DNA of 32,000 nucleotides from Vibrio vulnificus CMCP6 (GTDB lineage: Bacteria; Pseudomonadota; Gammaproteobacteria; Enterobacterales; Vibrionaceae): contig NC_004460.2 of the NCBI RefSeq assembly GCF_000039765.1, positions 960,001 to 992,000 of the forward strand, written 5' to 3'. The notes below the pieces were generated by a model, which was given only the letters and a program-made list of their open reading frames with translations, was not told the DNA's origin and made no database searches. This document shows, one piece after another, positions 1 to 10,410 of this stretch. The position numbers and the translations under genes are program-made. The first letter of the stretch is position 1. Every line of letters starts with the position of its first letter.

Positions 1-274
1 TCAAGTCTCCCTTTTTCACCATTTGGTTATGATCGACAAACACCTGCTCCACCTCTTGACCAATCAGCGGACTTAACACCGCATGAGGCGCCTTCACGGT
101 GGTACTGTTGGTTAGGTCCGCCGGAGACCAAAAGCGATGCGCCGTAAACAAGGCTAAGGCAATCAATACCCCTGTGCCAACAATGATTACCGCATTCCTT
201 AATGTCCACTTAACCAGCCCTGTTTTTACCAACAACCAGCAGATGAACACATAAGGCAACATGATTTCTTTCAT
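1..274 (-). CDS. HlyD-family membrane fusion / secretion protein, N-terminal part (runs off the window's left edge)
   Basis: Reverse strand reads MKEIMLPYVFICWLLVKTGLVKWTLRNAVIIVGTGVLIALALFTAHRFWSPADLTNSTTVKAPHAVLSPLIGQEVEQVFVDHNQMVKKGDL: a TM segment, then a biotinyl-lipoyl-like start. It is missing from the ORF track because it has no stop inside the window. Confidence 0.7.
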   Translation of the reverse strand, partial: MKEIMLPYVFICWLLVKTGLVKWTLRNAVIIVGTGVLIALALFTAHRFWSPADLTNSTTVKAPHAVLSPLIGQEVEQVFVDHNQMVKKGDL

Positions 275-277
275 CGC

Positions 278-784
278 TTACTCCTTAACGCTGGTGCGGG
301 GCTGGACGCCATTACGAATGATATTAGAGAGCTCTTTGGCCAACACATCCCAACGTGCAAACGCAATAATGATCGCCAACACCCACCACGCTTTATCGAC
401 AAACAACCCGCACAGTGATAACGCAAAGACCAGTTGCGTGTGCGCACTCGACATTTCAGAGGCTCGATGAACAGCCACTTCGTGTAAACGCCAAAAAAGA
501 TAAACCACATAGATAAGGACGGCGACGGTGACAAAGAAAATGAATCCCATAAAGATCTCAGAATCCAACAGGCGCAATATGCTCGGATAGCCATGAGAAA
601 AATAGCTTTCAGGCAAGTCTTTACCGTGAATGGCCCCCAATTTGGATAGCGCAAGTGACGAGCCGACTAACGTGCCAATCACCAATAGGGCTTTAAAAAT
701 AAACCGTAGGGTGCCCATAACGAACCTTGTTATTTTGCTGCCTAGACCTTCCTTTGGCGCTAGGGTTTCTGCAGAGGTAGACAT
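278..784 (-). CDS. Small inner-membrane protein of unknown function, likely co-transcribed with the HlyD-type gene
   Basis: 168-aa ORF with about four hydrophobic segments; its stop lies 4 nt before the downstream ATG at 274. Confidence 0.65.
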   Translation of the reverse strand: MSTSAETLAPKEGLGSKITRFVMGTLRFIFKALLVIGTLVGSSLALSKLGAIHGKDLPESYFSHGYPSILRLLDSEIFMGFIFFVTVAVLIYVVYLFWRLHEVAVHRASEMSSAHTQLVFALSLCGLFVDKAWWVLAIIIAFARWDVLAKELSNIIRNGVQPRTSVKE

Positions 785-914
785 GATGTAGAGCCTTGTT
801 TTATTGGTATATTGAGCGGCACATTTTACAAAACTCGCCCAGTCAATTCGGAATTTTCGCTATTCCAAACCTTGGGCGTTTTTTGCACTTTTCTTGATTT
901 AACGTCAGGAAGTG

Positions 915-940
915 AAAAATCCCTCAACCGAAGTTGAGGG
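915..940 (-). terminator. Rho-independent terminator for the alkyl sulfatase gene
   Basis: CCCTCAAC-CGAA-GTTGAGGG (TTCG loop on the minus strand) followed by ATTTTT on the minus strand. Confidence 0.8.
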
Positions 941-958
941 ATTAGGGGTTAGCACTTT

Positions 959-2983
959 CTATGCTTTTTTATTCGGCATTGGAAGAATCTCAAACAAGCC
1001 ATCAAACTCATCTAAACATTCCGACAGTGCTTTTATCAGTTGGGCATCCCCTTTCAGGTTTGCCTTTCCTTCTTTCACTAGCTTATCTAACGTTGTTTTA
1101 CCTAGTACAATTTGCGTTAAGTCGCTCTTACTGATGCTTAGAGTCACATCGGTATTCGGTAACTTATCCACTTGAATATTGGCCATGTTCGCGTTGGACA
1201 CTTCACCGTAGTAATGCTCTTTCAGCTCTGGATGTGATACACCAAAGCGGAAATCCAGCCCCGCTTGCTCTGCTTTCGTCGCGTTGAGCTTCACCGCTAA
1301 GAAATCAAGGAACATACCCGTTGGGGTGTTGGCAATCACATCGGCCGATGCTGCTTTGATCGATGGACGAATTTCTCCGGTTCTCAACTCAACCGCGCCT
1401 TGCAGATACGAGTTGCGCCACGCCATAGTTTCCGACTGGTAGCCTTGCTGTTCAAAGCTGTCAGCTAACGCAAAACGGTATTGGATATTGTTCGGGTCAC
1501 ACTGAACCAAGTCGTTAAATAGCTGCGATGCTTGCTGATATTCCCCTTTGGCGAAGTGTGTTTGCCCCGCTTTGTATAGCGTTTGTGCGCCAGCGGCTTC
1601 GACGTAAACGCACGATTTATCCTGAGTCGCCAGTGGGTTCGTGTTCACCGGGTTCATATCGTGATAGCCAAGATACAAGTTCACCACAGCTCGAGCGTTA
1701 TGGCTGTAGGAGCCATGGTAACCATTGGTGTGCCAGGTTTCTTTTTGCGTTTGAGGCACAATTTTCTCAATCTCACGGCCCACATCGTGAATGGTCACGC
1801 CATGATTTGCTAAGCGCATCGACTGGTTATGAATAAACCCATAGTTGTCGCGCTGCAGGGTCATGTATTGTGAAATCTCATTCACTTCAGTGTGCGGATC
1901 ATTCCACACTGGCGCTGAGTGCGCGGCGTGAATGTTGTCCACCAAACCGCTGTCGACAAAACGCAGTTTCAGCTCGGTGAGGTATTTGGTCCACGCCAAG
2001 GAATCGCGTACTTTCGCACCACGGAAAGTGTAGATGTTATGCATGCCATCGTAAGTCAGCTCTGCGGTATTGAGAGAGCGATACTTAGGAACATAAAGCA
2101 CCATTTCTGCTGGGGCTTCTGCGCCCGGCATGTTGATCGCGTGGAACTTGAGCCCATCAATGGTCAGCTCTTTTTCGCGAGGTTGGATTTCTTGTGTTGG
2201 CGCCACCAACGTGATTTCACCACGAGAGGTGCCTAAGCCAAGCGCATTATCCACGATGCCTTTGGTATTGTTATCGAGAGTGGTGCCGTATTGATAGTTA
2301 GCACGACGACTCATGGCCGTACCCGCGATGATGTTTTCATCCGCCAGCTCTTTAATGAAATCTTTCGGTGCGTAGATCGGCGCACCTTTAACAAAATCGC
2401 CAGAATCAATAATGCTTCTTGAACCACCGAAATGATCAGCGTGCATATGCGAGTAGATCATGCCGGTGATTTTGTGGCCACCCTTCACTTTAGGAAGATG
2501 CTGTTTGGCAAATTCCCACGCCGCTGCCGCCGCTTCGCGTGACAATAGTGGATCGTGAATCACGTAGCCATTGTTGGTGCGGTAAATGGTCATATTCGAG
2601 AGATCAGCACCACGGATTTGATAAACCCCATCCGTCACTTCATACAAGCCGCCGGCAACGTAGTTGAGCATGCCTTGACGCCAAATCGACGGATTCACCG
2701 TCTCTGGCAACTGCTCTACGTTCATTTCTGCCATATAGTGAAAGCGCTGCTTGAGTTCACCGGCTTGATGGCTACCGAATTCGGCAATAAGCCCACGCTG
2801 AGTGCGCTCAAACGCCGAGATATCATGCCAAGGCAACTGTTTTGCCAGTTCAGCGTTGGCTTGTTTTGTGTGGGCCGTTGCTGGCTTACCTTGATAGTTT
2901 TCTAAGCTGGCGTAGTCCGCCGATGCGCCAAAAGAAACCATCAAAGCAAGGGTAAGGGTTGAGGGTACAAAGCGGATATTCAT
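959..2983 (-). CDS. Alkyl/aryl-sulfatase (SDS hydrolase family, metallo-beta-lactamase fold), secreted
   Basis: 674 aa; signal peptide; HMHADHFGG metal-binding motif; C-terminal SCP2-like domain; overall SdsA/YjcS-like. Confidence 0.9.
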   Translation of the reverse strand: MNIRFVPSTLTLALMVSFGASADYASLENYQGKPATAHTKQANAELAKQLPWHDISAFERTQRGLIAEFGSHQAGELKQRFHYMAEMNVEQLPETVNPSIWRQGMLNYVAGGLYEVTDGVYQIRGADLSNMTIYRTNNGYVIHDPLLSREAAAAAWEFAKQHLPKVKGGHKITGMIYSHMHADHFGGSRSIIDSGDFVKGAPIYAPKDFIKELADENIIAGTAMSRRANYQYGTTLDNNTKGIVDNALGLGTSRGEITLVAPTQEIQPREKELTIDGLKFHAINMPGAEAPAEMVLYVPKYRSLNTAELTYDGMHNIYTFRGAKVRDSLAWTKYLTELKLRFVDSGLVDNIHAAHSAPVWNDPHTEVNEISQYMTLQRDNYGFIHNQSMRLANHGVTIHDVGREIEKIVPQTQKETWHTNGYHGSYSHNARAVVNLYLGYHDMNPVNTNPLATQDKSCVYVEAAGAQTLYKAGQTHFAKGEYQQASQLFNDLVQCDPNNIQYRFALADSFEQQGYQSETMAWRNSYLQGAVELRTGEIRPSIKAASADVIANTPTGMFLDFLAVKLNATKAEQAGLDFRFGVSHPELKEHYYGEVSNANMANIQVDKLPNTDVTLSISKSDLTQIVLGKTTLDKLVKEGKANLKGDAQLIKALSECLDEFDGLFEILPMPNKKA

Positions 2984-3134
2984 AACGTTATCTCTCTTAG
3001 TGCGTTGTTATGGGCATACTTTAGAAAAACAACACATAGAGATACATGCATGAATGTTTATTTAAAACATCACGATTCGCGATACTTCAACACTTCACCT
3101 TATCAAAGAATCCCTCCTAACAGCATAATGCGCG

Positions 3135-3626
3135 TTAGCCCTTGGGCCAGACGCGATCCAAATCTTCCGCATACAAAGCTATGGCTCTTTGATAACCCAG
3201 AATGGCTTGAGATTGGGTCGTCTCCACCAGTAGATTGAGTAGCAACGCGGTCGATTGATGATGTTTGCCCAAGTTATAAAGGCACATTGCGTAGAACGGC
3301 ATCACTTCTCTTCGCTCAGGAAACTCTTGCAGCGTTTTCTCAAACCAGTTCAGTGCATCTTGATAGTCCCCTAAGCTTCTCAATGTACTGGCCAAACCAA
3401 ACAGGGCTTCAAAGCGGTCATCCCCCGTCAAGTTACCTTGTATTGCCGCCAAATAGTGAGGTACCGCTTGTGATTCCAAACCTTGATTATCATAGCTCCA
3501 AGCAATATGGAGATGCGCTAGCGCTTTGTAGTGCGCGTCTTGAAGCAAGGTGGTTAATTGCGCTCGGCTTTGATCGTATTGCCCAGCTTTTCTCAATTGG
3601 ATTGCGGATTGAATCACCTCATCCAT
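3135..3626 (-). CDS. Tetratricopeptide-repeat protein
   Basis: 163 aa with TPR-like helices (AIQLRKAGQYDQSRAQL..., AWSYDNQGLESQAVPHYLAAI..., GLASTLRSLGDYQDALNWFEKTL...). Confidence 0.8.
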   Translation of the reverse strand: MDEVIQSAIQLRKAGQYDQSRAQLTTLLQDAHYKALAHLHIAWSYDNQGLESQAVPHYLAAIQGNLTGDDRFEALFGLASTLRSLGDYQDALNWFEKTLQEFPERREVMPFYAMCLYNLGKHHQSTALLLNLLVETTQSQAILGYQRAIALYAEDLDRVWPKG

Positions 3627-3799
3627 GCGAACTCCCCATTATTGTGCTCATCGTTGTTGAATTTTTGAATGATTGCCGTGAAACGAGCAGAGATCATTTT
3701 CCGCCTCCTCTCACAGTTGAGCCAAAACCTTGATTGACTCATCGCTAAAGTTCCATAAAACTTAGCTCAAAACATAACAAACTGCGATGTATTAAGGCC

Positions 3800-4696
3800 A
3801 TGGATAACCCGATCGACTTCAACTTATTGAAAGTATTTGTCACCGTGTATCGCCACCGTTCGATCACCTTGGCGGCTGACGCCATGGGGTTAACCCAGCC
3901 CGGCGTCAGTGGCATTTTAAAACGTCTACAAGAGCAACTTGGCGTCACCCTGTTTACTCGTGATGGCCGTGGAATTGCCCCCACACACCATGCACATGAG
4001 TTGGCTAGACAAGTCGAACCGGCGCTCAGCCAAATTCACAATGCTTTGGAAAGCCTAGAAGCCTTCCGCACCGACACCTACCGCAAGTTTGTCATTTATG
4101 CGCCAGAGCCTTTGATGCTAACACTGCTGCCTAAGATTGAAGGCGATTCGACACTGGGCAAAATCGACATCGAGCTTCAACACATGCCTTACGATGTAGA
4201 CGAACAGTTTACGCGTTTGAACCAACAGCAAGCGGATCTCGCGATTGATTTTGTGCACCATTCAGCCCCTTCTTTCTATTCAGAAAAGCTGATGAATGAT
4301 GAAATTTGCTTGATTGCACGGCGTGGGCACCCGCGTATTCAAGGGGCGATTAGCCGCGATGAGTATTACCAAGAGAAGCACATCACCTTAAAAATGCGTC
4401 GAGAAAATGTCTACCTCGCCGATTACTTTACCGAAGAGTTTCTCAACGTTAGACGGGTTGCGGCGGAATGCGATTCGATGGTGGCGCAGATGTCACTCGT
4501 TGCCACCAGCGATTGCATTGCCATGGTCACCCGCTCATTGGCGGAGCAATTTGCCGAGACACTGGGTTTGCAAGTTCTCCACTCTCCGATGACTGCTATT
4601 CCCATCACCTATCGGCTTCTCATCCATAACCGAGAGATCAACAGCCCTGCCAACCAATGGCTTCGTGAACGACTCAGTCGCTACTTTACTCAGTAA
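3800..4696 (+). CDS. LysR-family transcriptional regulator
   Basis: 298 aa; N-terminal HTH FVTVYRHRSITLAADAMGLTQPGVSGILKRLQEQLGVTLFTRDGRGI. Confidence 0.92.
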   Translation: MDNPIDFNLLKVFVTVYRHRSITLAADAMGLTQPGVSGILKRLQEQLGVTLFTRDGRGIAPTHHAHELARQVEPALSQIHNALESLEAFRTDTYRKFVIYAPEPLMLTLLPKIEGDSTLGKIDIELQHMPYDVDEQFTRLNQQQADLAIDFVHHSAPSFYSEKLMNDEICLIARRGHPRIQGAISRDEYYQEKHITLKMRRENVYLADYFTEEFLNVRRVAAECDSMVAQMSLVATSDCIAMVTRSLAEQFAETLGLQVLHSPMTAIPITYRLLIHNREINSPANQWLRERLSRYFTQ

Positions 4697-4716
4697 CGAC
4701 ATTAACTGAGTACTGG

Positions 4717-6402
4717 TTAACTGCGGCACTGGGCAAAAATATCCAGATCACTTTGATAAACCTGAGTTTTCACGTCCATGATGCCAAGCATAGAGTGGAA
4801 CAGGTTATCGTGAGAAAACGCGCCGTGTGTTGCTTCATTGGCTAAGCATTTTCTGTCTAACCCTTTTTCTTTGGCAAAACCGTTGGATGCCCAAAAAAGC
4901 ATCGGCACTTTGGTTTGGTTTTCTGGCGCGAGCGCATACGGCATACCATGCAAAAAGAGCCCATCTTCGCCCAAGGATTCGCCGTGGTCAGAGACATAAA
5001 TCAGCGCGGTGTTAAACTGATTTTGCAGCGCTTTTAACTGTTCAATGGTCTGCGCAATCACGTAGTCGGTATACAAGATGGTGTTGTCGTAACTGTTAAC
5101 GATCTGCTCGACGCTGCAGTTTTCGATGTCAGCACGCGGGCAATCTGGCTGAAACGCGGCCTGTTGCTCCGGGTAACGTCGGAAATAGGTCGGCCCATGG
5201 CTGCCCATGCCATGCAAAAACACCACTCGGTTTCCTTGCATGCCGTCAACTCGTTGTGAGAAGTCTTCCAACATCGCCATGTCGTAACAGGTATTGCCAT
5301 CGCAGAAGGCATTTTTTGCGTTGCGATCCACCACCGTTTTTTGGATGTTGTGCGCTACGCCTTTGTCACCTCCGTCATTTTCAAGCCACAATTGGTCAAC
5401 GTTGGCGCGTTTCAGAATGTCGATAACGTTATCTTGATTGTCCGCCACGCGCTTCGAGTAGTTATCGTGTTTCATTGCAGAAAACATGCAAGGCACCGAT
5501 ACCGCCGTGGCGGTTCCACACGAAGAAACTTGGCTAAATGAGATCACATCAAGATCTTTGGTGTAAGCGTTGGTTGCTCTGGGGTAACCGTTTAACTCAA
5601 AGTTGTTTGAGCGCGCGGTTTCGCCAAGGATGAACACCATCAGCGTTGGCTTTGTTGTCGCTTGTTGTAACGCTTGTGACGACTGCTGCGCATCCTCACC
5701 CAAGACTTGGTATGCCATGGGCTGATAAAAATACGTGCGGTGAACATACTTACCAATGCTGTACACCAATTGAGTGGGAATGATCTCTTGACGAAGATAA
5801 GGGTTGTTACGCCCAACGGACGCGTAATCTTGGTAGTAAAGCCCGGCAATTGCGACAATCACCGCCAGAGAAATCACCATAGAGACAAGCTTGCGGCCAA
5901 TAAATCGCAGCCAAGAGCCGCTTGAGCGAATCGGTGTCACCGCCAGTAGCACAGCCGGTAGTACCCCCATCAAACCGATCCACAGCACAGAATAGGCACT
6001 GAGGTACGCACTCGCCTCGGCAGAGTCCGTCTCGAGAATGTTGGCGATCATATCGGAGTCAAACAAGGTGCCGTAGTTAAAACCCGCATAGCTCGCCGCG
6101 GCAGAAACCAGCAGCAGCACAGCAAAAAAGGGCTTAGTGATCCAAGGCCAACTGAACAGATTAAACAGCAAATTAAACGCCGCAAGAAAGAACAGCGGGA
6201 TCGAAATGACAAAGCCAATCTTAACGCTATCTAAACTACTTAAGATCGAATGCAACGTGGCGTAGATCGGGATGTTAACCAAAAACGCAAAGTAGCTCGC
6301 CAACATCAATGTGATGCCAACATACGAGAAATGGGTATTTTTTAAAATTCGCTGCATAACAACCAAACTCAATGTGAAATAAAACCAGCGCAGAGCATTC
6401 AC
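4717..6402 (-). CDS. eptA: Lipid A phosphoethanolamine transferase
   Basis: 561 aa; TM N-terminus; sulfatase-fold motifs LGETARSNNFELNGYPRATNAYTK, CGTATAVSVPCMFS, DHGESLGEDGLFLHGMPYALAP. Confidence 0.9.
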   Translation of the reverse strand: MNALRWFYFTLSLVVMQRILKNTHFSYVGITLMLASYFAFLVNIPIYATLHSILSSLDSVKIGFVISIPLFFLAAFNLLFNLFSWPWITKPFFAVLLLVSAAASYAGFNYGTLFDSDMIANILETDSAEASAYLSAYSVLWIGLMGVLPAVLLAVTPIRSSGSWLRFIGRKLVSMVISLAVIVAIAGLYYQDYASVGRNNPYLRQEIIPTQLVYSIGKYVHRTYFYQPMAYQVLGEDAQQSSQALQQATTKPTLMVFILGETARSNNFELNGYPRATNAYTKDLDVISFSQVSSCGTATAVSVPCMFSAMKHDNYSKRVADNQDNVIDILKRANVDQLWLENDGGDKGVAHNIQKTVVDRNAKNAFCDGNTCYDMAMLEDFSQRVDGMQGNRVVFLHGMGSHGPTYFRRYPEQQAAFQPDCPRADIENCSVEQIVNSYDNTILYTDYVIAQTIEQLKALQNQFNTALIYVSDHGESLGEDGLFLHGMPYALAPENQTKVPMLFWASNGFAKEKGLDRKCLANEATHGAFSHDNLFHSMLGIMDVKTQVYQSDLDIFAQCRS

Positions 6403-6420
6403 TGCCCTGCGAATGTGCTG

Positions 6421-6921
6421 CTAAGGCAGCATCGATTTGAGATAATTTTTGCGATTCCATTTGCTCATAAAAATCACGGCCGAGACGTGAACTGCAACGG
6501 CCACTAAGGTTAGGTTGGCAAGCACCTCGTGTACTTCCTCTAACCACTCTTCTCCCCAGAAAAGATCGCTCTCGGTCAACCAACCACTGCCTGCGGTTGC
6601 GATGAGCAGGCTCCACAATAGCCAAATCATCACCGCGCCCGCTGGGTTGTGACCAAGGTGCTTATCCTGCCTGTTGCTCACCACTTCTTTTAGGTGGACC
6701 AGCGCGGCTGAAACAGAAGGCAGAAAGCGAGTTAAACGTGCAGGTGACTCCACCACCAGCCCCCAAGCAAGACGAAGGCTCAAACTCAGTAGGATCAAAT
6801 AACCTGCCCAGTGATGCCATTCGCTGCCCTCTTCCAAGACAAAAAAGTTGGCCAAAAACAGCACTGCCACTGTCCAATGGGTTGCTCGCACAACCCAATC
6901 CCATTTAAAGGTGTTAGTCAT
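6421..6921 (-). CDS. Cytochrome b561-family membrane protein
   Basis: 166 aa; KWDWVVRATHWTVAVLF...HHWAGYLILLSLSLRLAWG, with spaced histidines in TM helices. Confidence 0.85.
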   Translation of the reverse strand: MTNTFKWDWVVRATHWTVAVLFLANFFVLEEGSEWHHWAGYLILLSLSLRLAWGLVVESPARLTRFLPSVSAALVHLKEVVSNRQDKHLGHNPAGAVMIWLLWSLLIATAGSGWLTESDLFWGEEWLEEVHEVLANLTLVAVAVHVSAVIFMSKWNRKNYLKSMLP

Positions 6922-7195
6922 CCAACTCTTCCTTCACTTTGCGCATGTCGGTGGGATCAAAATAGATTTCGACGCGTTTGTTCTCTTTGGTGTGACCATA
7001 CAATTCATAGCAACCGGTTTTGGTCTTTTTGAACACTTTGATTTTGTAACCCATCGCTTCCACTTGAGATTTGGCTTGCTCAAAGTTAATCCACTGCGAT
7101 TCCGGTGCATTCGTGCACTGTGGATCGGCCAATGCACTGGTTGCGCTGCCCATTGAAATCAATGCGATGGTGGTCAAGAGAAGTGTTTTTTTCAT
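6914..7195 (-). CDS. Periplasmic PepSY-domain protein
   Basis: 93 aa with signal peptide; GYKIKVFKKTKTGCYELYGHTKENKRVEIYFDPTD. Overlaps the b561 start by 8 nt. Confidence 0.75.
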   Translation of the reverse strand: MKKTLLLTTIALISMGSATSALADPQCTNAPESQWINFEQAKSQVEAMGYKIKVFKKTKTGCYELYGHTKENKRVEIYFDPTDMRKVKEELDD

Positions 7196-7319
7196 GATGG
7201 GGTCCTTGTGTGTGCTTCAACAAGGCGAATCATATCGAGCGAAACTTAAGATTGGCTTAAGAAATAAAATGAATGAATAATGAAGGCGGGATGAAAAAGA
7301 GATCAACAAGGAAAAGACT

Positions 7320-7793
7320 GTGGCAACAGAGCAAACTTGCATCATCTGTCAGATTCAACAAAACAAACTGACACATTTTCTTATCGCAGAGCAAGATGGC
7401 TTCAAGGCGGTACTCGATAAATACCCGATTGCAGAAGGACATATTCTGATTCTTAGCCCAAGTCACGCATCTCATTTAGAGCAACTGTCTGACAGTGAAT
7501 ATGCGACTCTCTTTCAATTTGCGCGTGATATTGGGCAGCAAATGTCACATGTCTATGATGGTGTTTGTGATTACAACGTAATCATCAACAACGGCCAATA
7601 TTCAGGCCAACATATTCCCCACGTGCACCTTCATCTGATCCCAAGAAAGAAAGGGGATTCCGTGCACTTTTATTGGCGATTGTTAACGCGGTTTATTAAT
7701 CCTCTGAGCCCGATGAACACACTTGCAAGACTCAAACGCGTTCATCAAAAATGGCAACAGAGGATCTCTATAGTGGACTCTTCAAAGAGTTAA
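7320..7793 (+). CDS. HIT-family (histidine triad) protein
   Basis: HIT motif GQHIPHVHLHLIPR; CxxC near the N-terminus. Confidence 0.92.
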   Translation: MATEQTCIICQIQQNKLTHFLIAEQDGFKAVLDKYPIAEGHILILSPSHASHLEQLSDSEYATLFQFARDIGQQMSHVYDGVCDYNVIINNGQYSGQHIPHVHLHLIPRKKGDSVHFYWRLLTRFINPLSPMNTLARLKRVHQKWQQRISIVDSSKS

Positions 7794-7803
7794 GAGCGGA
7801 AGA

Positions 7804-8868
7804 CTAAGCATCGTATTTGCGCTTCATTCTTAACGCGACATTGACCAACGCAATCAACACAGGCACCTCGACCAGAGGCCCGATCACGCCAGCAAACGCT
7901 TGGTCTGAATTGAGTCCAAACACCGCAATGGAAACGGCGATCGCAAGCTCGAAATTATTACCAGATGAGGTAAAAGCGATAGAGGCATTTTGATCGTAAG
8001 GCAGCCCTAAGCGCTTGCCGATGTAAAAGCTGGCAAAAAACATCACCATAAAGTAAATCACCAGCGGGATAGCGATTTGGAACACATCCATCGGCAACTC
8101 GATGATCATGTCACCTTTGAGGCTGAACATCAGCACGATGGTGGCGAGCAGCGCAACTAATGTAATGGGCGAAACACGTGGGATAAACACCTCGTTGTAC
8201 CACTGCTCACCTTTGGCGGCGACCAGCCATTTTCGGCTTAAAAAGCCCGCTAAGAATGGGATACCAAGATAGATCAAAACACTTTGTGCGATGTCGAGAA
8301 TCGTCACATCGACCACCACGCTTTCCAAGCCAAAATAGGGCGGAAGCACCGTGATAAACAACCACGCCATAAAGCTGTAGGTAAAAATTTGAAAAGCGCT
8401 GTTCAGCGCTACCAACGTGGCACCGTACTCTTTATTGCCGCCGCTGATGTCATTCCAAACCAGCACCATTGCGATGCAGCGTGCCAAGCCAATTAAAATA
8501 AGCCCGACCATATACCCCGGTTGATCACGCAGGAAAATGATCGCCAAAACGAACATCAAAATTGGCCCGACGATCCAGTTCATCACCAGCGACAAGGTGA
8601 TGGCGCGTTTATCGCGAGTCACTTCACCCAGTAGGCTATAGTTGACCTTAGCCAGTGGCGGATACATCATTAAAATCAACCCAATAGCCAACGGAATATT
8701 GGTCGAGCCCACCGAAAGCGCTTCATTCCACTGCGCGACTTGAGGGAACAGCACACCAATGCCGACCCCCACCGCCATGGCGAGAAAAATCCATAACGTT
8801 AGGTATCGATCAAGAAAGCTCATCTTTTGATAAGCACTGCTCTCTTCACAACTGACGGTCTGGTTCAT
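7804..8868 (-). CDS. acr3: ACR3-family arsenite efflux transporter
   Basis: Start placed at [27 protein letters not shown]. Motifs [17 protein letters not shown] and [18 protein letters not shown] are characteristic of ACR3. Confidence 0.9.
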   Translation of the reverse strand: MNQTVSCEESSAYQKMSFLDRYLTLWIFLAMAVGVGIGVLFPQVAQWNEALSVGSTNIPLAIGLILMMYPPLAKVNYSLLGEVTRDKRAITLSLVMNWIVGPILMFVLAIIFLRDQPGYMVGLILIGLARCIAMVLVWNDISGGNKEYGATLVALNSAFQIFTYSFMAWLFITVLPPYFGLESVVVDVTILDIAQSVLIYLGIPFLAGFLSRKWLVAAKGEQWYNEVFIPRVSPITLVALLATIVLMFSLKGDMIIELPMDVFQIAIPLVIYFMVMFFASFYIGKRLGLPYDQNASIAFTSSGNNFELAIAVSIAVFGLNSDQAFAGVIGPLVEVPVLIALVNVALRMKRKYDA

Positions 8869-8900
8869 ATCAACCTCTTTCAAATTTGTTCTGGATGCGC

Positions 8901-9248
8901 TTATTGGGCGCAATGACTCACATCGCTGCGGCAAGACTTGCCAAGGATGCTTTCTAGCTCTGATTCAATAAACGCAAAATTGTTTTCCAACGTGGTTTGC
9001 AGCACTTGCTTCATCCAAGGAGCAAGCTGAGGATGGATTTGGTAGTAGACCCATTTACCGCGGCGTTCATCCAACACCAGCTCCTGCTTACGTAGCTCAG
9101 CCAGATGGCGAGAGACTTTCGGTTGGCTTACATCCAGGGCTTCCATCAAATCACAAACACACAACTCCCCGAGCTTTTGCATTAAAAGCAGAGATTTAAG
9201 ACGAGTTTCTTCCGAAAGTGCTTTGTAGAGAAAAACGGGATTAGACAT
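8901..9248 (-). CDS. arsR: ArsR/SmtB-family transcriptional repressor
   Basis: w[46 protein letters not shown], including the ELCVCDL metal-site motif. Immediately upstream of acr3. Confidence 0.92.
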   Translation of the reverse strand: MSNPVFLYKALSEETRLKSLLLMQKLGELCVCDLMEALDVSQPKVSRHLAELRKQELVLDERRGKWVYYQIHPQLAPWMKQVLQTTLENNFAFIESELESILGKSCRSDVSHCAQ

Positions 9249-9280
9249 AGCAAACACTCAATCAAACACATACGGAAAAT

Positions 9281-9304
9281 CATATATATGGAAAAACATA
9301 TGTC
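9281..9304 (-). promoter_or_regulatory. Candidate ArsR operator / promoter region upstream of arsR-acr3
   Basis: Self-complementary CATATATATG (9281..9290) and ACATATGT (9297..9304) just upstream of arsR. Confidence 0.35.
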
Positions 9305-9558
9305 AAGTTATGCAAGGAGAAAATCGGAAATGAGAGACACCCTGTGTCACTGCACGTCGCCGCTTAGGTATAAGCCGACAACGGTAGAAGCGGGCAATGG
9401 TATAAGCGGTCAATGGTAGCAGGCACTGCTTTGGGTCGAATACGTTCTGGAGTCAACATGCTGACGAATGGCTCACTTTCTCCGCAAATCGGGGTCATGA
9501 TGCGCTTCTGAGCTCTATACTGAGAGAAATAACAGTCATCGAATCCAGAGCAAACTGA

Positions 9559-10344
9559 ATGCGCTATCTATTGTTCCTGTTTTGTATGTTGCTGAGCCCA
9601 TTCAGCTCACACGCTTCGCCCGCCACGACAATAACGCTGGCGTACTCAGACGTCGAATCCTTCCCCTTCCAAATGGGCAATGGCAACTTGGTTGCCGAGC
9701 CACCCGGAGTCTCCGTCGATGTCATCGAGCAAGCCGCCCGTCTGCTCAATATTAAAATCAACTATGTCAGGCTTCCTGGTAAAAGGGTTTTAAGCCAGAT
9801 CAAAGCGAACCAAGTGGATGGCGGATTTATTTTTTCTTACAGTCAGGAGCGAGCTCAATACGCGCGCTATCCGATGAAAGATCAACAAGCCGATCACACC
9901 TTGCGCATCGCCACACTAGACTATTATTTTTACAAGCTAAAAGAGCAACCGTTCGCATGGGACGGCGTGCAACTGAGCTCTATTGGAGGCGTCCCCGTAG
10001 GGGCTCATACTGGCTTTTCCATTACAAAGAAACTGAAGGAGAGTGACGTCAACACCATCGAGATCGGCAGCACGGAAAAGCTATTCGAGATGCTCGGCAA
10101 ACGACGCTTAACCGCCATTGCTATTCAGAGCAACATTGCCACCAGTTACATTAATGAACACCACCTTTCCAGCGTCGAACGCGTTTCCCCACCGATATCG
10201 ACCAAGGATTACTACCTTATTTTCAGCCATGAGTTTGCCGAAGCGAATCCGCAATTAGTGCAAAACATTTGGGAAATGATAGGCCTTATTCGGGATGACG
10301 TGATCGACACCAGCATCAAGAAATACTTAACAGGTACTGAGTAA
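9559..10344 (+). CDS. Periplasmic amino-acid-type solute-binding protein (SBP_bac_3-like)
   Basis: 261 aa; signal peptide; TLAYSDVESFPFQMGNG...GVSVDVIEQAARLLNIKINYVRLPGKR. Confidence 0.8.
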   Translation: MRYLLFLFCMLLSPFSSHASPATTITLAYSDVESFPFQMGNGNLVAEPPGVSVDVIEQAARLLNIKINYVRLPGKRVLSQIKANQVDGGFIFSYSQERAQYARYPMKDQQADHTLRIATLDYYFYKLKEQPFAWDGVQLSSIGGVPVGAHTGFSITKKLKESDVNTIEIGSTEKLFEMLGKRRLTAIAIQSNIATSYINEHHLSSVERVSPPISTKDYYLIFSHEFAEANPQLVQNIWEMIGLIRDDVIDTSIKKYLTGTE

Positions 10345-10410
10345 ATGTCTCTCCTTGCGCGAATGACAAAGAGAGACAGGCCAGATAAGCGATGAGAAAT
10401 TGGCGGCGGT

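Noticed and set aside
3005-3238. 77-aa plus-strand ORF antisense to the TPR gene's end.
   Set aside because: No family resemblance. It overlaps the C-terminal part of the better-supported TPR ORF and has weak start context.
4407-5858. Many short ORFs opposite or out of frame within eptA, LysR and other large genes (e.g. 4407..4592, 4827..5015, 5058..5312, 5640..5858).
   Set aside because: They are shadow ORFs inside confidently assigned coding sequences, with no recognisable protein content.
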